In this document: in pieces, positions 23,248 through 32,693 of the stretch
How the letters are laid out: each line of letters starts with the position of its first letter
Position numbering within the stretch: position 1 is the stretch's first letter
Assembly (NCBI RefSeq): GCF_001194135.2
Contig: NC_068992.1
Coordinates: 56,635,699 to 56,668,391 of the forward strand
From: Octopus bimaculoides
Taxonomy: Eukaryota
Reading direction: 5' to 3'
DNA length: 32,693 nucleotides
The notes under the pieces: generated by a model
Seen by the model: the letters and a program-made list of their open reading frames with translations, nothing else
Databases searched by the model: none
Told to the model about the DNA's origin: nothing
Made by a program: the position numbers and the translations under genes

Positions 23248-23636
23248 GTTGTTGTTGGCACTCCGTCGCTTACGACGTCGAGGGTTCCAGTTGATCCGAT
23301 CAACAGAACAGCCTGCTCGTGAAATTAACTTGCAAGGGGCTGAGCACTCCACAGACACGTGTACCCTTAACGTAGTTCTCGGGGATATTCAGCGTGACAC
23401 AGTGTGACAAGGCTGGCCCCTTTGAATTACAGGCACAACAGAAACAGGAAGTAAGAGTGAGAGAAAGTTGTGGTGGAAGAGTACAGCAGGGTTCGCCACC
23501 ATCCCCTACCGGAGCCTCGTGGAGCTTTTAGGTGTTTTCGCTCAATAAACCCTCACAACGCCCGGTCTGGGAATCGAAACCGCGATCCTATGACCGCGAG
23601 TCCGCTGCCCTAACCACTGGGCCATTGCGCCTCCAC
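23248..23636 (-). mobile_element. SINE type C, full length (389 bp), tRNA-derived head, (CAA)n tail, 12-bp TSD
   Basis: Head GTGGAGGCGCAATGGCCCAGTGGTTAGGGCAGCGGACTCGCGGTCATAGGATCGCGGTTTCGATTCCC and tail GGAGTGCCAACAACAAC. The identical sequence GACCCACACACT flanks it at 23236-23247 and 23637-23648. Confidence 0.95.
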
Positions 23637-25096
23637 GACCCACACACTACCTCGCGAGAAATGCACTGTGTGAGAGTTATACTGGTATTGTTTAGAATAT
23701 TTGTGACATTGGCGCTAGAATATTAAACTCTATCAATTCGCACACAACAATCTATTCTATGTGACGTCTTACACTCAGTGCGATCCCTGTTCCATGTATC
23801 CACAAACTGAACACCTCGCGACATTTTCTTCGCATATACCCGTAAAATGATCATGCGAACCTGACAGTCCTCACCTCGGAAGCCGCTACTAAGGATGTAC
23901 CTGTGTAATGACTTCTTTTTAATTTAACATGACGACAATTGGAATTAGATATTTACAACTCACACATTCGTTTTATTAATGGCCAAGAAGACATCTTAAT
24001 AATTTTTTTTTATCTAGTCCTGTCAACAAATATCATAACTTAGGCTATGATGGAATGCGTCGGGAGGTGTCTAACTAAACTTATTGAGATTCCTCAAAAT
24101 CACTTTGACTTATCTCACATGTTTCCTGATAAAGTAACTGTCATCGACCCGAATACACTAATGGAACTTCTACAGACTTTGTCCCACTTCTAATTGCATC
24201 AGTAGACTGATTAAAATATGATTATGTTTGTGTTTAAATGTATATTTTTAAAATTCAATTTCGAAAGACTTAGCCACTTAATCGCTCACATTCTAATTTG
24301 AAAGTACGTGTGGTTTTCTGTTATTTCGGGAGAAGAACGTGATAATTTCATGTCAATTAAAACAGTTGAAATAGCTTGAGTTCCATGAGATTCTTCAGCT
24401 GCTATAAGTCATGCTTTGTACGATATTATCTCTTGCAGTTATGTCTATAGAAATCTATGCAATGTTTAACAAATCAACCAGTTTTCAAAACTTATTTTGA
24501 AACTTCGCTTTCTTCCCCTGCTTCGTACATGTCTTCGTTTTCCCGTTTTAGTTTCCTTGAACTTTGCATGCCTTCCATAAGTTATTCATAGCGGTAGGAA
24601 ATATACTTAACCTTTTCTTTAAACTTTACATAGATTCTGTTTAAATAGTCAAAGCTAATTAATCAGTTTGATTAATTATTAATGTAAGGAGGAAGTATAT
24701 GGCGTATAGAAATTAATAAATGTATGAGTGAGGGGCACTATGACGCAATTTTATATATTTCACGAAATGAAAGTTATTACCGTTTAATCCCAGGTCCTGT
24801 CTACACGAGCAGGCCTATGGTCAAAAGCGTACTAAATTTGACCATCCAATCTTATTTTTATTTTATCTAAAACATTTTCTTATTGTACATCCTTTCCTTT
24901 ATAGAGACTGTATACTAAGAGAGAGAATTGGTTGTTATATCTAACAGGTCGTGCGACGTCGGGAAGTTTCCTATATTTTCTTTGACAAGAGAAAGGATAG
25001 AAGAGAGATATCTAGGATACCTGCAGTATTTAAGACATCCCTGAAAGAAAAGAAAGATGACCACGTGAGGAAAAGAAAGATGATCACGAGTGAGCA

Positions 25097-25099
<3 letters not shown>

Positions 25100-25157
<58 letters not shown>

Positions 25158-25378
25158 NNNNNNNNNNNNNNNNNNNNNNNNNNNNNNNNNNNNNNNNNNN
25201 NNNNNNNNNNNNNNNNNNNNNNNNNNNNNNNNNNNNNNNNNNNNNNNNNNNNNNNNNNNNNNNNNNNNNNNNNNNNNNNNNNNNNNNNNNNNNNNNNNNN
25301 NNNNNNNNNNNNNNNNNNNNNNNNNNNNNNNNNNNNNNNNNNNNNNNNNNNNNNNTATATATATTTATATATATAATA

Positions 25379-25415
<37 letters not shown>

Positions 25416-25420
25416 CTCTA
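25100..25420. repeat. (GA)n, gap, (TA)/(TCTA)n
   Basis: Directly visible. Confidence 0.95.
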
Positions 25421-26135
25421 TAAGTATGCATATGAAGGGGAAGATTTACTAGTATATATTGCTATTAATGTTATTTGTATTTTAGCATTTTTCTGTAGAC
25501 TTTGTACGCATAGAAACATTGAAAGCGTTGAAATAGACGCTAAAACAAAAACTACAAAAAATCAAAACAACACTTAACATGTTTAATCGGTTAATTTGTA
25601 TTACATTATTATGAAAATCAGATTGCTTTTAAGGCATTACCAGAAACTATATAGATAGATATACTTATATATCGGCCAGAAAAAGGATTCATGAAACGCA
25701 ATACGGCATACGCAGAACTCCACTAAGTGAGTGTTTGCCAATCTAATGAAGCAGACGAGTACAGTCACCGAATGTGACCTGAGATTTCGGAGTAAATGCT
25801 GCAGGAGCTGAACGTAGTAAGTCCTTCAAACATATTTGGTACAGAGCCAAAAGCACACTTAAGGAGAATAGAACGTAGTTTAAATTTTACAGTGTAGTTC
25901 AAAAAATATTGTCTAATGGTTTTATATCCTCTTAGCATTTTAGTAAATCGTGCCACATGTTTTGATGGTTTGTGGTTTTTCAACCGGTAGAATATCAGCA
26001 AATATTTTCCCCGAAGGTATTCTCCTGTGACGAATGCAACTGCGAGTAGCGTATTCAAATTCAAATCTACTGTAACCTATGAAGACTAATTAAGTAAGCT
26101 ATGATTTTGATCACTGTTCACCATTCGTATGAAAA

Positions 26136-26149
26136 TTTATTATTATCAT

Positions 26150-26185
<36 letters not shown>

Positions 26186-26200
26186 TATTATTATTATTAT
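26136..26200. repeat. (TAA)n followed by (TTA)n, forming an AT-rich palindrome
   Basis: The repeat switches polarity at AATT near 26184. Confidence 0.9.
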
Positions 26201-26202
26201 AA

Positions 26203-26417
26203 AGGCGGTGAGCCGGCAGAATCGTTAACATGCTGGACAAAATGCTTAGCGTTGTTTCGCCGTTTGTATTGTTTTGAGTTAAAATTCCGCCGAGGTTGAC
26301 ATTGCCTTTCATCCTTCAGAGTCGATAAATGAAGTACCATTTACACATTAGTGTCGATGTAATCGGCTAGTCCCCCACAACAAAATTTTAGGCCTTGTGC
26401 CTTTAGTAGAAAGGATT
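26203..26417 (+). mobile_element. SINE type B, full length
   Basis: AGGCGGTGAGCCGGCAGAATCG...GGCCTTGTGCCTTTAGTAGAAAGGATT; matches 11554. Confidence 0.92.
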
Positions 26418-26465
26418 CTTCTTCTTCTTCTTCTTCTTCTTCTTCTTCTTCTTCTTCTTCTTCTT

Positions 26466-26496
<31 letters not shown>

Positions 26497-26525
26497 TTAT
26501 TATTATTATTATTATTATCATTATT
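26418..26525. repeat. (CTT)n(ATT)n tract
   Basis: Directly visible. Confidence 0.95.
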
Positions 26526-26526
26526 A

Positions 26527-26745
26527 AGGCGGTGAGCTGGCAGAATCGTTAGCACGCCCGGCAAAATGCTTAGCAGCAATTCGTCCGCTTATAACGTTCT
26601 GCATTCAAATTCCGACCAGGTCGATTTTGCATTTCATCTTTTCGTGGTCGATAAAATAAGTACCTTTTGAATACTGAGGTCGCTGAAATGGAATTACCCC
26701 GTCCCCCTAACTTGATGATCTTTTACCAAAATTTGAAACCATCTT
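26527..26745 (+). mobile_element. SINE type B, variant 3' tail
   Basis: Same head and core as 26203 but ends CCAAAATTTGAAACCA, followed by (ATT)n. Confidence 0.88.
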
Positions 26746-26837
26746 TGTTATTATTATTATGCAAAAATTGTTTATTACTGTAAATTGATTTTGAAAGCTC
26801 ATCACGGAACTAAAGTATTTTCGTAACTAGAAACTAC

Positions 26838-26844
26838 ATACACA

Positions 26845-26920
<76 letters not shown>
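26838..26920. repeat. (CA)n running into the largest gap
   Basis: Directly visible. Confidence 0.95.
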
Positions 26921-27580
26921 NNNNNNNNNNNNNNNNNNNNNNNNNNNNNNNNNNNNNNNNNNNNNNNNNNNNNNNNNNNNNNNNNNNNNNNNNNNNNNNN
27001 NNNNNNNNNNNNNNNNNNNNNNNNNNNNNNNNNNNNNNNNNNNNNNNNNNNNNNNNNNNNNNNNNNNNNNNNNNNNNNNNNNNNNNNNNNNNNNNNNNNN
27101 NNNNNNNNNNNNNNNNNNNNNNNNNNNNNNNNNNNNNNNNNNNNNNNNNNNNNNNNNNNNNNNNNNNNNNNNNNNNNNNNNNNNNNNNNNNNNNNNNNNN
27201 NNNNNNNNNNNNNNNNNNNNNNNNNNNNNNNNNNNNNNNNNNNNNNNNNNNNNNNNNNNNNNNNNNNNNNNNNNNNNNNNNNNNNNNNNNNNNNNNNNNN
27301 NNNNNNNNNNNNNNNNNNNNNNNNNNNNNNNNNNNNNNNNNNNNNNNNNNNNNNNNNNNNNNNNNNNNNNNNNNNNNNNNNNNNNNNNNNNNNNNNNNNN
27401 NNNNNNNNNNNNNNNNNNNNNNNNNNNNNNNNNNNNNNNNNNNNNNNNNNNNNNNNNNNNNNNNNNNNNNNNNNNNNNNNNNNNNNNNNNNNNNNNNNNN
27501 NNNNNNNNNNNNNNNNNNNNNNNNNNNNNNNNNNNNNNNNNNNNNNNNNNNNNCGACATGCAGATATTATTTTTTCTATG

Positions 27581-27975
27581 GGCGCAGGAGTGGCTGTCTG
27601 GTAAGTAGCTTGCTTATCAACCACATGGTTTCGAGTTCGTTCCCACTGCGCGGCACCTTGGGCAAGTGTCTTCTACTATAGCCTCGGGCCGACCAAAGCC
27701 TTGTGAGTGGATTTGGTAGACGGAAACTGAAAGAAGCCCGTCGTATATAAGTGTATATATATATGTGTGTGTGTGTATATATGTTTGTGTGTCTGTGTTT
27801 GTCCCTCACAACATCACTTGACAACCGATGCTGGTGTGTTTGCGCGGCCGTAACTTAGCGGTTCGGTTAGAATAAGTACTAGGCTTACAAAGAATGTCCT
27901 GGATTTGCTCCACTAAAGGCGGTGCTCCAGCATGGCCAGTCAAATGACTGAAACATGTAAAAGAGTAAATGAGTA
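27581..27975 (+). mobile_element. SINE type A, full-length reference copy with internal (TA)/(TG) microsatellite
   Basis: tRNA-like head (27581-27655), CCTTGGGCAAGTGTCTT CORE-like motif, body to 27745, microsatellite, then 3' half ending GCGGTGCTCCAGCATGGCC..AAAGAGTAAATGAGTA. Confidence 0.93.
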
Positions 27976-28160
27976 ACCGAGATCTTTGGATTTGCTAGAA
28001 ATAGGAGTTATTTTACCTCATGTCATCATCCTGCCAAGGAAAGGAAAAACTGGATAGCATATTCCTAGATGTAAAAAGAAAAATGAAAGATCGCCAAGGA
28101 GGCAAACTGCTTGGCCACAGAGTGACTCAATTTGAGATGTCCTTCAGTTATACAACAACA

Positions 28161-28334
28161 AGAAGAACATCAACACATTCGAGACAGTGACTGTCATACC
28201 AACATCAGCAAATCACTGCTCCCATCGCTCCCACCAAAGAAACAACCAGAAGAACATCAACACATTTGAGACAGTGACTGTCATACCAACATCAGCAAAT
28301 CACTGCTCCCATCGCTCCCACCAAAGAAACAACC
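28161..28334. repeat. Tandem duplication of an 87-bp non-simple unit (2 copies, 1 mismatch)
   Basis: 28161-28247 and 28248-28334 are identical except for C at 28180 versus T at 28267. Confidence 0.97.
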
Positions 28335-28596
28335 ATCTGTTGCCAATAAGTAATGGCTTAGGTGCATGTACTTTACCTAATTCTTTAGACACCTCTGTAG
28401 TTACTAGCATGTGTAGACACCCTCAAAACTCCCGAAAATTTAAAACCAGTCACACGTCCACCTTGTACAGCTAGAAGGAGAGAAATCTGTACCAGTACTC
28501 GGCTGGTACACGTTTTCTGCTGATTAGATTTAATGCATGTGAAATAAAATCTTTATGCAGGTGAAATAAAGTCTCAAAACCGACGTCTTACCTGGT

Positions 28597-28665
28597 CCAG
28601 GAATTGAAATCACGACATTTTGATCATGAGTTTAGCATTCCTAATCACAAGGCTATGTTCCCTCT
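28597..28665 (-). mobile_element. Decayed tRNA-like SINE head
   Basis: The reverse complement TAGCCTTGTGATTAGG..GTGATTTCAATTCCTGGACC resembles the type C head layout. Confidence 0.45.
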
Positions 28666-29104
28666 CATACTGAAGTGAAGTAATATATTGCTTTTTCAGG
28701 TTTTCTGTTTTCTTCTTCATTAGCAATATAAAACGGAATTGCAAACTTGAGCCACAATTTTGCCAAGTATATCTAAATGATGAATGTACTGGTCAAATGT
28801 ACTTCATTTTTCTTAAATAGATTATATTTTTCAATGATTATAATTGTTTATACAATCAGCTTTAAATTTTCAGTCAACCAATTTTATCAGTATATACATC
28901 AATGTAATGTTTTCATCTGTTCATCGTTCATCATATTTCTTGGTTAGTAAACAGTTTGTGATAGGACTATAATCAAAAACTCAAATTGTAAATGTTCTTA
29001 TCCCGTCAGACAATTTTGAAGTTCTAAGTTTCTCTAAGTTTGGCATAAGGTAAAAACGTATTATGGCAGAGGAGGTGCAGTAGATGAAATCGTTGTCAGC
29101 ACTT

Positions 29105-29180
29105 GATCGGTACCTTAATGTATCAATCTCTAAAAGATGAGTGCGAAGGTGACCTCGCCTGATTTGAAAGTAGAACATAA
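29105..29180 (-). mobile_element. SINE type B core fragment, diverged
   Basis: GGTACCTTAATGTATCAATCTCTAAAAGATGAG..GGTGACCTCGCCTGATTTGAAAGTAGAACATAAA parallels 31008-31082. Confidence 0.55.
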
Positions 29181-30069
29181 ATGTTCGGTACTACGCATGT
29201 ATCTCTGTTTATCATTGATTTATTCCCCACCGATCTAGGATAAAATGTTACACTCAATTGTGAGCCATATTGTGCTTGTCACGGACTGGCTTGTATAATG
29301 ACGGACTGGTGATAAGTGACATATTTCTTGGACCACACAAACACAACCCAACGACGACTCACAATACTCAATTGCACAGAATGCACACTGACTATTTTTA
29401 GACGGATTCTCGTACTCGTACCAACAACATACAACCAATGAAAAGAAAAACATACATATGCGGCTGATCTTAACAAACGATGCAGACGAGTGTGTTCTTT
29501 GCCGTAAACGGTAGAAATGATCCAGTAAATACATGACAGTGGAAGCTTTGCTGCCGTGGGCTGTAAGTTTGCTGCCAATGAATCTACCATAAGTTCCATT
29601 TAGAAAGTGTGTGAGGATGATTCATCCATTAATTTTTTATTTAAAGATAAAAACAATCTACTAGGATAAACGAGGATAGAAGAACTGCAAATTACTTCAC
29701 CTGTCACACGAATTTACCATCCACCGGTCCTCAATTGTAATCATATTAACAATTCATTTCATATGATTATTCTAAGCCTGTTATTGAGTAGATAAGGACA
29801 CTGTCCCTAGCGCTATAAAGAGCTTCCGGGACAAGTTAGAAAGAGAGGGTGATATATCTTAAAACCAACGACCTTGCCCGAATATTTGAAACAGACTGGA
29901 CGTTCAGAAAAGCACCTAAGTAGCAGCTGGGAGCGGTGTTAAACTAAGTAATGGATTAAGTCTAGCAAACAAATAAGCTACGATGGCATTTGAACTTATA
30001 ACAGAAAGACCAAGAGCCACAAACAAAACAAAAATAAAAATAATAAAACCGCGTTTCCACAAGTCAAAC

Positions 30070-30145
30070 GCCCTACTTTATTTATTGGCATCGGGAGAGT
30101 GTAGGTCAAAATTGACGTCGCTGGGATTCGAAATCAGAACGTAAG
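30070..30145 (-). mobile_element. SINE type B core fragment, diverged
   Basis: TACTTTATTTATTGGCATCGGG..AAATTGACGTCGCTGGGATTCGAAATCAGAACGTAA. Confidence 0.5.
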
Positions 30146-30927
30146 ATACCAAAACAAAATAGCGTCACCTGGTCATAACGGATTACATGATTTTTTCCTC
30201 TCTTTGACATCAATCCAACTGGTGTCGAATTTGACCTTTTGATCTACAATTTCAAGAGGGAAGATAAAATACCAGTCATGCATTGGATTGTTGTAATCGG
30301 TTATAACTCCTCCGCGCAAATATTTAACCATGTATTAATTTTAGAAATGAATATATTAGTCTTTGCTACTGCAGCAGTATTATCAGTGATAATAATAATA
30401 CTAGCAATAGTATTAGTAGCAGCAACAACTGATGGTGGTGGTGAATGGCTCGCAATTTATAATTTCTGTTTAATAAATTGATTTCATTTTAAAAATAATT
30501 ATTTTTGGCAATTATATTTTGAAATAAATTGCTTTAATTTAAAAAAAAAAATTCGTTACTAAATTTCTAGTATTATCGGTTTAATAAATTTCATCAGTTT
30601 TGAAACGAATTATGTTATCAATATTTCTACGAAATCTGTTGGCATTTTGACTGTTAATTTCGTTCTGCACACGTTAATATTATTTCTAGCATAAAATGCT
30701 AAAATAATGGGAAGAAATTAAAGCCGTTCTATGCAGAACATTAATTCATTTCACAAGACAAACTCTATTGTCATAACGCGTGGCAACTCGGCCGGTCAGC
30801 GTTAGTAACCGGCACTACCAGCGTGTTGCAGAAAAGGTTTTATTGAAAACAAAAATGACATTCTTCCAAGGTGAATGAACAATGACAATTCCAACAGAAA
30901 TTGGACTCATAACAACAACAACAATGA

Positions 30928-31145
30928 TAATCCTTTCTACTAAAGGCACAAGGTCTGAAATTCTGGGGGAGGGGACTAGTCGATTACTCCGAACCCCATG
31001 TTTCACTGGTACTTATTCTATCGACTCCGAGATAATTAAAGGTAAAGTCGACCTCGGTGGAATTTGAACTCAGAACGTAAAGACGGACGAAATCCTTGGT
31101 GAGCATCTTGCCCGGCATGCTAAAGATTCTCCCGGCTCGTCACCT
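30928..31145 (-). mobile_element. SINE type B, full length
   Basis: AATCCTTTCTACTAAAGGCACAAGG...GTCGACCTCGGTGGAATTTGAACTCAGAACGT...GCTCGTCACCT is the reverse complement of 26203-26417. Confidence 0.92.
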
Positions 31146-31146
31146 G

Positions 31147-31147
31147 A

Positions 31148-31193
<46 letters not shown>

Positions 31194-31213
31194 GTAGTAA
31201 TAATAATAATAAT
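31147..31213. repeat. (AAT)n tract
   Basis: Directly visible. Confidence 0.95.
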
Positions 31214-31219
31214 GATCGC

Positions 31220-31312
31220 ATAATCGCAGGAATTCGGTATGGCGCTGGAATCCTGAAGTGAACAGATGAAGAGCTAAAGGAGATGGACAGAAAGTCAAGA
31301 AAGTCATTCACA
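31220..31312 (+). pseudogene. R4/Dong-like non-LTR retrotransposon internal fragment (post-RT region)
   Basis: Reads IIAGIRYGAGILK*TDEELKEMDRKSRKSFT, matching the recalled R4/Dong motif RYGAGII.WT..EL..LDRKTRK with Trp mutated to TGA. Confidence 0.7.
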
Positions 31313-32619
31313 GTAATCATTGCTTTCAACTGTCATCTAGCTTTTGACAAAATTCACGGAGCTGGGAGAAAACTACTTGTCACCCCACTCTCACTTGTCC
31401 GTCTATGTTGATTTCAAATTCGATCATAGTCGACATTGCTTTATGTTCGTCAGTAGGGTCAAGATCAGTTACTACTAATGGCATTGCTATATAGTCATCC
31501 AATTAGAACTTATAGCAATGGTGCTATGCTAGGAATCCAAATGGTTACTAGTAGAATAATAAAGATTTAAGGTTTAACTATTATAATAAAATTTAGAGTA
31601 GAAAATATTTGGAATCAGAGTGTTTGATTAAAAGTTCTGCCAAAATTAAATGATGTGGAGGTCAAGTTTATGATCTGCTGTCTCGGATCAATACACTTAG
31701 TATTTCTCGATCGAACCAGGATCGAATCCTGACTGGAAATTGCTTTTGATTATAAGCCGCTGCAATAAGTGAAGACGTCTTCAAACAACAAGAGAAACAT
31801 GAACAACAAAAACAACAACACCCATAATAATCAGAATCAGTATTTCAATGGGATAAAATTAATAGGGTCTTTTTTAATCACTGTTTTATCCATAAAGGGT
31901 TTTGTGGAAAAGCATAAAATAGTTCGAGTGAAGTGATATTTTAAACACAGCAAAGTTTTCCTATATCACAGAAAAAAGTTAAGTTTGGTGAATTACCAAC
32001 GGATATTAGTTTGGCAACATTATGGCGAAATATTTGCTAATTAATCAAAAGTGACACAGATCAAAGTCAGATATTGAAATAACTATAAGATGTAATTACT
32101 TGGAAATGGGTAACACGATGCTATAACTCCAAGTAAGCAATTCCAGTAATTATCACAGAATTTTTTTTATCGGCAAATTGAAGCCATTTACATACTATAC
32201 GGTCTAAGTGAAAACTCTAAAACATACTTGTCAATTAGAGACCTAGAAAGGGATTAAGGAGGGAAATTTACGATATCTAATATAATAGATACATAACTGG
32301 CAGCATGTATTTGATGTAAGAGTTTTATTGATCATAAATTTTGAAGCAAAATATGAAAAAATTGTAAAACAGCAAAAAATACAAAAAAAACCCAAAAACT
32401 CACGTATGACTGGATATAAAATTTAAAATTATCAATATGGACTCGGTGAGTTTTTAATATTTTACGAGCTATTTAACCATCAGTGAAGTAGTAGATGCAA
32501 GTTTGCACAAGGGATTCAATTATTTACATGGCAATTTTTTTATAGGGAAAGGATATGTATGTTACTATGCATTGTGAAGTGTCGTAACAAAACTAATATA
32601 GATATGTAAATATGATGAT

Positions 32620-32650
32620 ATATATGCATACATACAGACATGCTTGTATC

Positions 32651-32693
<43 letters not shown>
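32620..32693. repeat. (TA)n-rich microsatellite at the window end
   Basis: Directly visible. Confidence 0.9.

Noticed and set aside
23560-23636. tRNA gene call for the SINE heads (also 15560, 27581, 11554)
   Set aside because: No complete cloverleaf or acceptor stem; each continues into a repeated SINE body.
24044-24133. Possible plus-strand 90-nt exon (AMMECVGRCLTKLIEIPQNHFDLSHMFPDK)
   Set aside because: Poor polypyrimidine tract, no recognisable homology and no partner exons.
24817-24845. 9-bp stem hairpin ATGGTCAAA/TTTGACCAT
   Set aside because: Expected by chance at this length; probably part of a decayed repeat. Bacterial-type terminators are irrelevant here.
30791-30813. GC-rich hairpin GCCGGT/ACCGGC as a Helitron 3' end
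   Set aside because: No downstream CTRR terminus, and the stem is only 6 bp.
1-32693. CRISPR array, prokaryotic operon, rRNA
   Set aside because: No regularly spaced repeat-spacer structure, no gene-dense coding and no rRNA-like sequence; the window is eukaryotic repeat-rich DNA.

Overview
AT-rich eukaryotic genomic DNA, dense in microsatellites, with 8 assembly N-gaps. It is most likely an octopod (Octopus-like) cephalopod intron or intergenic region; this is inferred from recalled similarity of the SINEs to octopus tRNA-derived SINEs and was not searched. No intact protein-coding gene is supported, and most supplied ORFs are microsatellite or N-gap artefacts. The recognisable content is transposable elements. 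There are four tRNA-headed SINE types (here called A-D), including a full-length copy with a perfect 12-bp target-site duplication at 23248-23636. DNA transposons comprise two Tc1 elements, a mariner-like 5' fragment, an internally deleted DUF4817-type ITm element and a pogo/Tigger-like MITE. Retroelement relics comprise a Penelope-like RT fragment and two R4/Dong-like fragments abutting (TAA)n tracts. I found no convincing novel system. The best leads are SINE modularity and microsatellite seeding, an inverted SINE pair (possible dsRNA/ADAR substrate), TAA-associated retroelements and a speculative chain of minus-strand micro-exons.
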